Source: Malacoraja senta (taxonomy: Eukaryota). From it: a DNA stretch of 64,000 bases. Numbering within the stretch: the first letter of the stretch is position 1; each line of letters starts with the position of its first letter. The notes under the pieces are model-generated. The model saw nothing but the letters and a program-made list of their open reading frames with translations. It did no database searches and had not been told where the DNA came from. Location of the stretch: NCBI GenBank assembly GCA_038087875.1, contig JAXLNO010000446.1:186001-250000 (forward strand), written 5' to 3'. Made by a program: the position numbers and the translations under genes. Below are positions 24,403 to 36,864 of the stretch, piece after piece.

Positions 24403-25087
24403 TAGACAATAGACAATAGGTGCAGGAGTAGGCCATTCGGCCCTTTGAGCCAGCAACTCCATTCAATGTGATCATGGCTGATCATCCACAATCAGTACCG
24501 CGTTCCTGTCTTCTCCCCATATACCCTAACTCCGCTATCTTTAAGAGCCCTATATAGCTCTCTCTTGAAAGTATCCAGAGAACCGGCCTCCACCGCCCTC
24601 TGAGGCAGAGAATTCCACAAACTCACAACTCTCTGTGTGAAAAAGTGTTTCCTCGTCTCCGTTCTAAATGGCTTACCCTTATTCTTGAACTGTGGCCCCT
24701 GGTTCTGGACTCCCCCAACATCGGGAACATGTTTCCTGCCTCTAGCCTGTCCAAACCCTTAATAATCTTATATGTTTCAATAAGATTCCTCTCATCCTTC
24801 TAAATTCCAGAGTATACAAGCCCAGCCGCTCCATTCTCTCAGCATATGACAGTCCCGCCATCCCGGGAATTAACCTTGTGAACCTACAGCACTCCCTCAA
24901 GAGCAAGAATGTCCTTCCTCAAATTTGGAGACCAAAACTGCACACAATACTCCAGGTGTGGTCTCACTAGGGCCCTGTAGAACTGCAGAAGGACCTCTTT
25001 ACTCCTATACTCAACTCCTCTTGTTATGAAGGCCAACATGCCATTCGCTTTCTTCACTGCCTGCTGTAGCTGCATGCTTACTTTCAG
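24403..25087 (-). mobile_element. CR1 LINE 3' fragment
   Basis: QQAVKKANGMLAFI...RPHLEYCVQFWSP; (aatagac)n tail. Confidence 0.88.
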
Positions 25088-25390
25088 ATAGATGCCATTT
25101 TCAGATTGGGATACTCCATCAGTCAGAAGAATATGGAAAAATATGGAAAAGTAGAAATGTTGAATAAATATCAGTCAGGACACTAAGGATCACCTTTATT
25201 GTAGAGAGGAGGTTGGATTATACCTCTTATCCAATTCCTGCAAATGTTAACAACAGCAGAGATAGACCACAGAGCTGTACAACATGGAAACAGGCCCTTT
25301 GGCCCACCTTCTCCAGGGTGACTAACTTAGCATACCCTTTGCCTGCATTTGACATATCTCTCTAAAATCTTTCTATCCATATATATGTCT

Positions 25391-25625
25391 ACCTCGGGTG
25401 CTGTCTGTGTGGTGTTTGCACATTCTCCCTGTGACCGTGTGGGTTTCCGCCAGGTGCCCCGGTTTCCTCCCACATCCCAAAGACATGCAGATTTGTTAAT
25501 TGGTAGGCTATTTGGCCCTCTGTAAATTGCCCCTAGTTTGTCGGGAGTGGATGAGAAAGTGGGATAACATAGAACTCGTGTGAATGGGTGATCGATGGTC
25601 AGTGGGCCAAAGGTCTTGTTTCCAT
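25391..25625 (+). mobile_element. V-SINE (HE1-like), 5'-truncated
   Basis: V-domain ggtttcctcccacatcccaaagac and CR1-like tail. Confidence 0.75.
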
Positions 25626-25770
25626 GAATGAATGAATGAATGAATGAGTTTATTGGCCAAATATTCACATACAAGGAATTTGCCTTGGTGCTCCGCCCGC
25701 AAGTGACAACGTGACATACAGTGACAGTTAGGAATGACACATAAAAAACATTAAACATTAATAATAAATC
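25624..25770 (-). repeat. LINE/SINE 3' tail ending in (ATTC)n; second copy at 53818-53980
   Basis: Shared tttattggccaa...catacaaggaatttgccttggtgctccgc sequence. Confidence 0.7.
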
Positions 25771-26346
25771 TCATCTCTAAACTAAATCTCCCCAATTTGT
25801 TGGCATCCTTCGTATACCACTCTGGATATACAGGGAACAGAGCCAAGAGAAACAAGGCGAGGGGTTGCAGGAGGATAGATGCACAGTGCTGGAGTAACTC
25901 AGTGGGTAGCAGGAAATCAGGAACATGTCGAAGAGACAATCAGGCTGCCCCCTGACAATGGGATGAGGAGAGAGGTGCAGAACCCACACCATGGAGCTGC
26001 TCCCTTGTTTTCCAACGCTATCCATTCTTTGCCATTGAGGAGGTGGGAACAATGGGATGATGAGTAACGTTGACAACGGAAAACTAGGCAGATCCGGAAT
26101 TGTCCCATTTGCCAATTTACACAACCTGGATTAATTAAAGGACTGAACTAATCCAAGAACAGTAACAACATTGCACAAGGTCCTGTAGGATCTTGCACTG
26201 AAACAATTTTGGTTTCCTTGTGGAAACATCTTCAGTTTAACATTATCTTGCGGTACATTGTAAACGAGCTGAATTCACGCCCCAACCTGTCTGGAGTTAG
26301 GATCATTAGTGTTTATTAAATGTGGACACATTCCTACATTGGGATA

Positions 26347-26515
26347 GACAAAAATGCTGGAGAAACGCAGTGGGTGAGGCAGCATCTATGGAGCGAAGGA
26401 AAAAGGCAATGATGCCTTTTTCCTTCGCTCCATAGATGCTGCCTCACCCACTGAGTTTTCCAGCATTTTTGTCTACCTTCGATTTTCCAGCATCTGCAGT
26501 TCCTTCTTAAACAAA
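26347..26515. mobile_element. Palindromic mini-PLE (head-to-head pLTR pieces) with 14-bp TSD
   Basis: Arms centred near 26410. TSD cctac(a/g)ttgggata at 26333-26346 and 26516-26529. Confidence 0.8.
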
Positions 26516-27257
26516 CCTACGTTGGGATATGTGTGGTTTCAAAAGAATCATTGCTGGAACTAAAATGTTGCTTCATTTAGCAAGCGGCGTTCATGGATTT
26601 CTTGCCCTACTCAGTCCAGAAAGGTTGCCGAACATGTTTGGATGTTGGGGAATGAGGATAATTTGGAAACCCCAGAAAGAAAGGCAAAGGAGATTGGTGA
26701 AAATTATCAGTGGCATTTGCAAATGGTTATTTTATAGCATACACCATGGGGACGATTTTGATTGAAATTGGAAACTGAGGGGTAATTTTCTTCATTCTGA
26801 CGGTGGAGGGTATATGGAAGGAGCTGCCAGAGGAAGTAGTTGAGGCAGGTACTATAACAACATTTTAAAGACACTTCAACAGGTACATGGATAGAAAAGG
26901 TTTAGAGGTATATGGGCCAAGCATGAGCAAATGGGCCGAGCTTAGATGGGGCATGTTGGTCGGCATGGAGGAGTTGCGCTGAGAGGCACAACTCCCCCAT
27001 GCTCGATGACTGTACAACACCATGACTCTGCACAGGAGGCTGAGGGGCGATCTTATAGAGGTTTTAGAAAATCATCAGAGGAATAGTTGGGGCGAATGCA
27101 CAGAGTGCTTTATCCAGGGTCAGGGAATCCCTAACCGAGGTCACAGGTTTAAGGTCAGTGTGGAAATATTTTATATGAACCTGAGGGGCAATTTCTTCAC
27201 ACAGTCATTGTCATAGAGTCACAGTCATACAACACCGATACTGGCCCTTCAGCCCAT

Positions 27258-30200
27258 CGGATGGTGCCCGCAATGGCTGCTCGCCAATAGTCTATCTCAT
27301 CCTTTTCCTTCTTTGGTGTTTTTTATTATGTGTTAAATGTATGTTTTAGTGTTCTCTAGCTTGTTTTTGTGTAGGGGGTGGGGGTTGGGGGAAACTTTTC
27401 TTAATCTCTTACCTCGACAGAGATGTGACTTTTTCCATATCGTATCTCCATCTGCACTGCAGCCTAATGTTGGGGGAGTCCAGAACCAGGGGCCACAGTT
27501 TAAGAATAAGGGGCAGACCATTTAGAACGGAGATGAGGAAACACTTTTTCACCGAGAGAGTTGTGAATATGTGGAATTCTCTGCCTCAGAAGGCAGTGGA
27601 GGCCAATTCTCTGGATGGCCTTTAAGAGAGAGTTAAGATAGGGCTCTTAAAAATAGCGGAGTCAGGGGATATAGTGAGAAAGCAGGAATGGGGTACAGAT
27701 TGTGGATGATCAGCCATGATCACAGTGAATGGCGGTGCTGGCTCGAAGGGCTGAATGGCCTACTCCTGCACCTATTGTCTCTTGTCTATTGTCTAAAATT
27801 GTGGAGCTGGCAGCCTCTGTTGGGGACCAACTTCAGGGAGCTCCAATTACGGGAGCCTGCGGACTTAACATCGTGGAGGTTGCGATCCTTTTGCCTGGGA
27901 TCGACCTCGGAAGTTCAAATAGAGAAAGCTTGTAGACAGTGTGTGAGGCAGGAGGCAGAGAAGGGAAACACTCAGACCCAACAGGTAGGGGGGAAAGAAG
28001 AAAAAAATAATAAACAGAGAATAAGATTTGGTGGATTTCTTAAATGTGTGAGCAGAGAGACAGAGGGGTGTAAAATGAGGGTAGAAGCAATAGGTAGCAA
28101 GGTGAAAAGTAAAAGTGGTAGGCAGACAAATCCTGGGCAAAAATCAAAAAGGGCCACTTTTCAAACATAATTGTATAAGGGGTAAGAGCGTTCTAAAAAC
28201 TTGCCTGAAGGCTTTGTGTCTCAATGCAAGGAGCATTTGTAATAAGGTTGGATGAGTTGAATGTGCAGATAGCTGTTAATGATTATGATATAGTTGGGAT
28301 CACGGAGACATGGCTCCAGGGTGACCAAGGCTGGGAGCTGAACATCCAGGGATATTCAATATTCAGGAGGGATAGAGAGAAAGGAAAGGAGGTGGGGTAG
28401 CGTTGCTGGTTAGAGAGGAGATCAACGTAATGGAAAGGAAGGATATTAGCTTGGAGGATGTGGAATCGATATGGGTAGAGCTACGAAACACTATGGGGCA
28501 GAAAACGCTAGTGGGTGTTGTGTACAGGCCACCTACCAGTAGTAGTGGAGTTGGGGATGGCATCAAACAGGAAATTAGAAATGCGTGCAACAAAGGAAAA
28601 CAGTTATAATGGGTGACTTCAATCTACATATAGATTGGGTGAATCAAATTGGCAGGGGTGCTGAGGAAGAGGATTTCTTGGAATGTATGCGGGATAGTTT
28701 TCTAAACCAACATGTAGAGGAATCAACGAGAGAGCAGGCTATTCTAGACTGGGTATTGAGTAATGAGGAAGGGTTAGTTAGCAGTCTTGTTGTGCGCGGC
28801 CCCTTGGGCAAGAGTGACCATAATATGGTTGAGTTCTTCATTAGGATGGAGAGTGACATTGTTAATTCAGAAACAAGGGTTCTGAACTTAAAGAAAGGTA
28901 ACTTTGAGGGTATGAAACGTGAATTGGCCAAGATTGACTGGCAATTGATTCTTAAAGGGTTGACGGTGGATATGCAATGGAAGGCATTTAAAGACTGCAT
29001 GGATGAACTACAAAAATTGTTCATCCCAGTTTGGCAAAAGAATAAATCAGGGAAGGTAGTGGCAGGGAACATAAAAACTGACTGCAAAAGTTTTTATAGA
29101 TATGTGAAGAGAAAGAGATTAGTTAAAACAAATGTAGGTCCCTTGCAGTCAGAACAGGTGAATTAATCATGGGGAACAAGGACATGGCAGACCAATTGAA
29201 TAACTACTTTGGTTCTGTCTTCATTAAGGAAGACATAAATAATCTGCCGGAAATAGCAGGGCACCGCGGGTCAAATGAGATAGAGGAACCTGAGTGAAAT
29301 CCAGGTTAGCCCGGGAAGTGGTGTTAGGTAAATTGAATGGATTGAAGGCCGATAAATCCCCAGGGCCAGATAGGCTGCATCCCAGAGTACTTAAGGAAGT
29401 AGCCCCAGAAATAGTGATGCATTAGTGATAATTTTTCAAAACTCTTTAGATTCTGGAGTAGTTCCTGAGGATTGGAGGGTAGCTAATGTAACCCTCCTTT
29501 TTAAAAAAGGGACGGAGAGAGAAAACGGGGAATTACAGACCAGTTAGTCTAACATCGGTAGTGGGAAACTGCTAGAGTCAGTTATGGATAGCAGCACATT
29601 TGGAAAGTGGTGAAATCTTTGGACATAGTCAGCATGGATTTACGAAAGGTAAATCATGTCTGATGAATATTATAGAATTTTTCGAGGATGTAACTAGTAG
29701 AGTGGATAAGGGAGAACCAGTGGATGTGTTATATCTGGACTTTCAGAAGGCTTTCGACAAGGTCCCACATACGAGATTAGTATACAAACTTAAAGCACAC
29801 GGTATCGGGGGTTCAGTATTGATGTGGATAGAGAACTGGCTGGCAAACAGGAAGCAAAGAGTAGGAGTAAACGGGTCCTTTTCAGAATGGCAGGCAGTGA
29901 CTAGTGGGGTACCGCAAGGCTCAGTGCTGGGACCCCAGCTATTTACAATATATATTAATGATTTGGACGAGGGAATTGAATGCAACATCTCCAAGTTTGC
30001 GGATGACACAAAGCTGGGGGGCAGTGTTAGCTGTGAGGAGGATGCTAGGAGGCTGCAAGGTGACCTGGATAGGCTGGGTGAGTGCGCAAATGCATGGCAG
30101 ATGCAGTATAATGCGGATAAATGTAAGGTTATCCACTTTGGTGGCAAAAACAGGAAAGTAGACTATTATCTAAATGGTGGCCGATTAGGAAAAGGGGAGA

Positions 30201-31275
30201 TGCAACGAGACCTGGGTGTCATGGTACACCAGTCATTAAAAGTAGGCATGCAGGTGCAGCAGACAGTGAGGAAAGCGAATGGTATGTTAGTATTCATAGC
30301 AAAAGGATTCGAGTATAGGAGCAGGGAGGTTCTACTGCAGTTGTACAGGGTCCTGGTGAGACCACACTTGGAGTATTGCGTACAGTTTTGGTCTCCAAAT
30401 CTGAGGAAAGACATTCTTGCCATAGAGGGAGTACAGAGAAGGTTCACCAGATTGATTCCTGGGATGTCAGGACTTTCATATGAAGAAAGACTGGATAGAC
30501 TCGGCTTGTACTCGCTAGAATTTAGAAGATTGAGGGGGGATCTTACAGAAACTTACAAAATTCTTAAGGGGTTGGACAGGCTAGATGCAGGAAGATTGTT
30601 CCCGATGTTGGGGAAGTCCAGGACAAGGGGTCACAGTTTAAGGATTAAGGGGAAATCCTTTAGGACCGAGATGAGAAAAACATTTTTCACACAGAGAGTG
30701 GTGAATCTCTGGAACTTTCTGCCACAGAAGGTAGTTGAGGCCAGTTCATTGGCTATATTTAAGAGGGAGTTAGATGTGCCCTTGTGGCTAAAGGGATCAG
30801 GGGGTATGAGAGAAGGCAGGTACAGGATACTGAGTTGGATGATCAGCCATGATCATATTGAATGGCGGTGCAGGCTCGAAGGGCCGAATGGCCTACTCCT
30901 GCACCTATTTTCTCTGTTTCTATGTTTCTATCTAACCGCAGGAGCCTGCAGACTTAACATCGTGGAGCTCACAGTTAGGGACCGACTTCAGGAGCTCCAA
31001 GCTGCAGGATCACAGTAGCTTCGATCGGCCCAACGCGGAAGTTTCGATCGCCCCGACTGCGGATGGTTCGACTCCCCCGACCGAGGTGGAATAAAGTGGG
31101 AAGAAGATTAGACTTTATTGGCTTCCATCACAGTGAGGAATGTGGGGAATCCGCTGTGGTGGATGTTTATGTTAACTTTTATGTAGCTGTGTGTCTTGTT
31201 GCTATTTTTAGTATTGGTGTATGGTAATCGGGTTTCACTATATGTGACAATAAACAGACCTTGAATCCTTGAAAC
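27258..31275 (+). mobile_element. Non-autonomous non-coding retroelement split by two CR1 insertions (pieces ~27258-27466, 27795-27930, 30931-31275)
   Basis: The 5' piece recurs inverted at 31630-31870. The 3' piece (actttattg.cttccatcacagtgag...tgtgacaataaa) recurs at ~51020-51180 and inverted at 48800-48985. Confidence 0.55.
27930..30930 (+). mobile_element. CR1 (HER1-like) LINE, nearly full ORF2 with deletion and frameshifts
   Basis: APE (GITETW, VYRPP, MGDFN, SDHN) and RT ORF 29600-31018 (QHGF, LDFQKAFD, GVPQGSVLGP, FADD). Confidence 0.95.
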
Positions 31276-31874
31276 ATTGAAATTGCCCATGCAAACCAAG
31301 ATGCCCTATCTACACTAGTCCCACTAGCCCGCTTTTGGTCCATATCCCTCTCAACATTTCCTATCCATGTCCTTTAATTCTTGTTATCTCAGCTGCCTCT
31401 GGACAGAGAAGTGTGAGGTGTTGCATTTTGGGAAGTCTAACAAGCACAGGACTACACAGTGAATGTTAGGCCTCTGGAGAGTGTTGCAGAGCAGAGAGAT
31501 CTAGGAATGCAGGTGCATGGTTCCTTGAAGGTCAAGTCGCAGGTGGATAAGGTGGAAAAAAGGCTTATGGTACATTGGACTTCATCAGTCAGAGTATAGT
31601 GTATCGAAGTTGGGATGTCTCCTGGAAAGGCCGCACTACTCCATGTTGTAGGCCGCAGAGGGGCCAGAGATGCGACACGGAGAAAAAACGCATCTCCGTC
31701 GAGGTAGTTGACTGAAAAAGGTTACCCCGTTCCCCCTCCCCCCCGCACCCCCCACATAAAACATACCAAGAGACATTAAAACAAACATTCAAGACATACT
31801 TAAAATAATAAAAACAGAGAAGGGACAAGGCAGACTGCTGGCGAGGCAGCCATTATGGGCACCACCCGGTGGTG

Positions 31875-32232
31875 ACCATGGCTGATCATCCCCAATCAGT
31901 ACCCTTTTCCTGCCTTCTCCCAATCGCTATCTTTAAGAGCTCTATCTGACTCTCTCTTGAAAGCATCCAGCGAATTGGCCTCCACTGCCTTCTGAGGCAG
32001 AGAATTCCACAGATTCACAACTGTGGGTTTTTCCTCATCACCATTCTAAATGGCTTACCCTTTATTCTTAAACTGTGGACCCTGGTTCTGGACTCCCCCA
32101 ACATCAGGAACATGTTTCCTGCCTCTAACGTGTCCAATCCCTTAATAATCATATATTTCAATAAGATCCCATCTCATTCTTCCAAATTCCAGTGTATACA
32201 ATCCCAGTCGCTTCATTCTTTCAACATATGAC
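31875..32232 (-). mobile_element. CR1 LINE 3' fragment
   Basis: SYVERMKRLGLYTLEFGRMRWDLIE and CR1 3' sequence. Confidence 0.8.
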
Positions 32233-32623
32233 ACATGAGCAAGAGTTCTCTGCACTCTGGGATAGATCTTATGCTGATATGGCTTTACTCTGGCTTTATA
32301 AGGAAAAGATATGTGTTCTCTGTACAACCAGATCAGGCATTCTTTCCGTAGATTTCACAGACGTCAGGCGTTTATTGTTCATGGAACAGAGGGAATCATT
32401 TACTGTCACCACATCAAGTTCAATTTGTCAGCACATCAAGTTCAATTTGTAAAGTTTAGCCACTGCGGGGCAAATACACATTGTGGTTTAATGCCTGAAG
32501 CTCACTGGCAGGGGCAGTGGTGGAGGCAGATACAATAGTGGCGTTTAAGAGACTTTTAGATCGGCACATGGATATGCAGGGAATGGAGGGATCTGGATCA
32601 CGTGCAAGCAGACGAGATTGGGT

Positions 32624-32760
32624 TCCATGTTCTCCAGAGATGCTGCCTGACCCGCTGAGTTACTCCAGCACTCTGTGAAACGTCACCTATCCATGTTCTC
32701 CACAGATGCTGCCTGACCCGCTGAGTTACTCCAGCACTTTGTGCCCTTTTTTGTAAACCA
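32624..32760 (+). repeat. Two-unit copy of the 66-bp pLTR-derived tandem repeat
   Basis: Contains the junction ctctgtgaaacgtcacc also seen (inverted) in the array at 53238-53565. Confidence 0.85.
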
Positions 32761-33489
32761 GTAAAAGAAGCTGCTTGTTTTGCTCGGTGACACCAAGCTA
32801 CTGCCCTAACTTGCAAAGATCCTATCGCAGATAAAAGCAGAAACGATATGCTTACACATTGTGGAATGTGTTGGGCATTGGGGAATGATGGATTTGCAGT
32901 GGTATCTGTATTTTCAATCTTGACAGGAGGATTTGAGGAAATGCAAACAATGGATATCCTCTGTGGTGGAAACAGCTATCAGTCTTTTTTACAAATTATC
33001 TTCAAACATCAGCTAATTCACATTGTGTTTTGGAAACAAATCTCCCGTGGCTGACAGGTTTGGGTGAAGCTCGATAACGTTCCTGCCAGAAACTGCAGGC
33101 AGCCTGAGCTCGTTGCCAGTTTTAAGTTACAAGGCCTGACCTCAGGCTCTGAATGAGGCAGTGAAAGCATCCTCACTGCCTTCAGGAGTTCCATTAGTTT
33201 GCATCGCCGCTCATCTTGTGACACCTCGGCAATTTATGAAGAACTAACCCAAAAGGTGGACAAGGGCAAATCCATAGGCATTGTCTAGATGGACTTCAGT
33301 AGATATTTGATGTGGCTCCACATGGTAGCTGCTCTGGAAGGTCAGATTGCATAGGATCCAGGGGCAAGCAAAGGGTGGTGCTGGAAATGTGTTTTTGAAG
33401 GCAGGCCTGTGAAGAGTGGTGTGCCTCCAGGATCTGTGCTGGGCCCATTGCTGTTTATGATGAGAATGTAGAAGGCATGTACAGGAACA

Positions 33490-34045
33490 TCCTTGTCCCC
33501 TGCCCCCTGTCCCCATCAAGGGTGTGGATGTGCAGTTTACCAAGGTGTACAAGTACCTTGGAGTTTACTTGGATTGTAAACTGGACTGGTCCATGAATGC
33601 TGAGGCACTGTATAAGAAGGGACAGAGCTGTCTGTACTTTCTGAGGAGGCTCCGCTCTATCAACGTCTGCGGTAAGATGCTGCAGATGTTCTATCGATCG
33701 GTAGTGGCCAGTGCCATCTTCTTCGCTGTCGTGTGCTGGGGCAGCAGGGCGAAGTCCACGGACCCCAACAGAATTAACAAACTCATCAGGAAGGCTGGCT
33801 CTGTCCTGGGGGTGGAGTTGGAGTCACTAGGGGGTGGTCTCGGAAAGGAGGATGCTCCTCAAACTGCGGAGCATCTTGGACAATACATCTCACCCCCTCC
33901 ACGACACACTGGTCAACCTGAGGAGCACCTTCAGCAACAGACTGGTTCCACCAAGTTGCAGGACAGAACGTGACAGGAGATCCTTTTTCCCCATGGCTAT
34001 CAATCTGTACAACTCCTCCCACTTCTGTCGTGGGGTAGACTGACG
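33490..34045 (+). mobile_element. Rex1/Babar-like LINE 3' coding fragment
   Basis: YKYLGVYLDCKLDWS...LYFLRRLRS...FYRSVVASAI...HPLH...RSFFPMAINLYN. Confidence 0.85.
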
Positions 34046-34064
34046 CTCCCCCTCCCCCTTCCTC

Positions 34065-34765
34065 TTGATACAGAGTGCAGAATATAGTTCTCAGCATTGT
34101 AGCGCATCAGTTCCACAGACAAAGTCCAATGTCCGCAATGGGGTCGAGGAGAATCGGACAGTACCCTAGCTTATGGAAGGACCATTCAGAAGCCTGATAA
34201 CAGAGGGGAAGAAGCTGTTCCTGTGTCTGGTGGTGCGCGCTTTCAAGCTTCTGTACCTTCTGCCGGACGGGAGCGGGGAGAAGAAGGAATGATCGGGGTG
34301 GGACAAGTCTTTGATTATGTTGGCTGCTTTCCCGAGGCAGCGTGAAGTGTAGATGGAGTCAATGGTGGAAGGAATGACCGGGGTGGGACAACTTTACAGT
34401 GAAAAGCTTTTTTGTAGCCTTCTATCAGTCAGACTGTACATGATTACAATCAAGTCATCCACAGTGTACAGATACAGGATAAAGGGGATAATGTTTAGTG
34501 CAAGGTAAAGTCCAGTAAAGTCTGATTAGATATAGTCCGAGGGTCACCAATGAGGTAGATAGTAGTTCAGCACTGCTCTGCAGTAGGATGGTTCAGTTGC
34601 CTGATAACAGCTGGGGAGAAACTGTCCCTGAATCTGGAGGTGTGTGTTTTCACACTTCTGTACCTCTTGCCTGATGGGAGAGGGGAGAAGAGGGACTGGC
34701 CGGGGTGCGACTGGTCCTTGATTATGCTGCTGGCCTTGCCGAGGCAGCGTGAGGTGTAGATGGAA
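34065..34765 (-). mobile_element. Two adjacent Rex1/Babar-like 3' fragments
   Basis: IYTSRCLGKASSIIKDQSHPGQSLFSPLPSGKRYRS...RFRDSFSPAVIR; a similar piece at 34070-34370. Confidence 0.75.
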
Positions 34766-34953
34766 AGCCTCATCACCATCACTTGGTATCTATCCCCACT
34801 TGCCTTGCTGCTGAGCAGGTCAGGTGGGGAGGGAAGGGACAGATGATGTTTTGGGTCGGGCCATTCCATCTTGCTGCTCTCACGTACAGAGCACATGTGA
34901 CAATCAGACAAACAATAACTACAGTCCCTCTAACATAGTGTTTCACTTATGTT

Positions 34954-35120
34954 CAAGAAGGAACTGCAGATGCTGGAAAATCGAAGGTAGACAATAGTGC
35001 TGGAGAAACTCAGCGGGTGCGGCAGCATCTATGGAGCGAAGGAAATGGGCAACGTTTCGGGACGAAACGTTGCCTATTTCCTTCGCCCCATAGATGCTGC
35101 CGCACCCGCTGAGTTTCCCC
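34954..35120. mobile_element. Palindromic mini-PLE with 17-bp TSD
   Basis: Arms meet at caacgtttcgggacgaaacgttg. TSD agtgtttcacttatgtt at 34937-34953 and 35121-35137. Confidence 0.82.
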
Positions 35121-35147
35121 AGTGTTTCACTTATGTTGCTTTGTTCA

Positions 35148-35570
35148 TGGGCTTGTACTAACTGGAGTTTAGAAGGATGAGAGGGGATCTTATTGAAACA
35201 TATAGGATTATTAAGGGATTGGACACGCTAGAGGCAGGAAACATGTTCCCGATGTTGGGGGAGTACAGAACCAACGGCCACAGTTTAAGAATAAGGGGTA
35301 AGCCATTTAGAACGGAGATGAGGAAACACTTTTTCACACAGGGAGTTGTGAATCTGTGGAATTCTCTGCCTCAGAGGGCGGTGGAGGCAAATTATCTGGA
35401 TGCTTTCAAGAGAGAGTTAGATAGGGCTCTTAAAGATAGCAGTCAGGGGATATGGGGAGAAGGCAGGAACGGGGTACTGATTGTGGATGATCAGCCATGA
35501 TCTTAGTGAATGGCGGTGCTGGCTCAAAGGGCTGAATGGCCCACTCCTGCACCTATTGTCTATTGTCTAA
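35148..35570 (+). mobile_element. CR1 LINE 3' fragment
   Basis: MRGDLIETYRIIKGLD...; (ctattgt)n tail. Confidence 0.88.
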
Positions 35571-36864
35571 ATCTTGGTGCTTCTGGTTAACCATGTTGAC
35601 AGCTTGATGCTAACATGATGCCATCAGCTCAGATCATGTAAATATTATGTAAACAAATTCAGGGACACTGACTCAAGTTCCATTTCCTGCCAGGATAATG
35701 TCATGGTGAGCAGCCCTATCCTGATGGGTTCATTGACACTGGTACACCCCCCCCCCCCCACCACCACTTCCATCCTCGTCGCTCTCCCCTCTCTTCCCTG
35801 TACCTCTTCCTCACTGTTCCCTCCTCCTTGTCCCCTTCCACCTAGATTCCTTCTCCTGGTTGCACAATTCACCCATCTTTAATCCTTATCTCATCTCACA
35901 CTTTTTGTCGTTTCATTTCTGGCCTTTATCCACCCATCAGCCCCCACCCCCACACCTACATCCACCTATGTCTTGCCAGACTTTGTCCAGCCCCACCTCT
36001 CTCCCAGCTTTCTCACCCCCTGCTGCAATTAGTCTGAAGAAGGGTCCCAACCCGGAACACCCCTTCCCGTCTCCCTAGCCTTTGACACCCATAATAATCA
36101 AGAACCTATCAATTTTGACTTTAAAATTACCTAATGACTTGGCCTCCGCAGCTGTGTGTGGCAATGAATTCCATAGAAATCTTCCACCCTCAGGCTAAAG
36201 AAATTCCTCCTCATCTCCTTTCTAAAGTTACGTCCATTTATTTCTAGGCTGTGCCCTGTGGTTCTAAGCTCTTGCACTAGTGGAAACATCCTCTCCACCA
36301 CTCAATCTAGGCCACTCTATCTATCCCTCCATTCCCTGCATACGCATGTACCTATCTGTATTTTAAACAGATACAGCTTCTTCTGACTCTTTCCTGTTGA
36401 AGGGTTTTTGATCTAAAACGTTAACTCTGTTCTCGAGGACTTAGCTGCTGAGTATGTCCACAATTTTCTGTCTTTATTTAAATGAGCTGTTGTTACAAAC
36501 AGTTCAAACTTCATTCACGGGGTGTGAAGGGAAGTCACCGCTCTGAGCTGTTCCATTTGTCCCGTTCCACGCTCTGCTCTCTCCATCTGACAGGGCCAGA
36601 CTGGTTGGCCCGGAGTCTCAGAGTTCACCAGTGGGTGGTCTGTATACAGAACCAGCGACTTCTGCAATCTGCATCCAACAACCAGATATAAACAAGAAAA
36701 AATGGACTGTGATCTTTGAGATGAACCATAATTTTAATTTCACTGTGTCTTGCTTTTAACCCTGGAACACACCAGTTTATTCTTCCAACTGCTTGTTTTT
36801 GCTGCTTTGGAAACTCTGTCCTTCCATGTCTCTACGTTTTACATCACAGGAAGGAGATAGAGAG

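Noticed and set aside
33018..33224. Short ORF in unique sequence as a host exon
   Set aside because: No recognisable homology or convincing splice-site pair.
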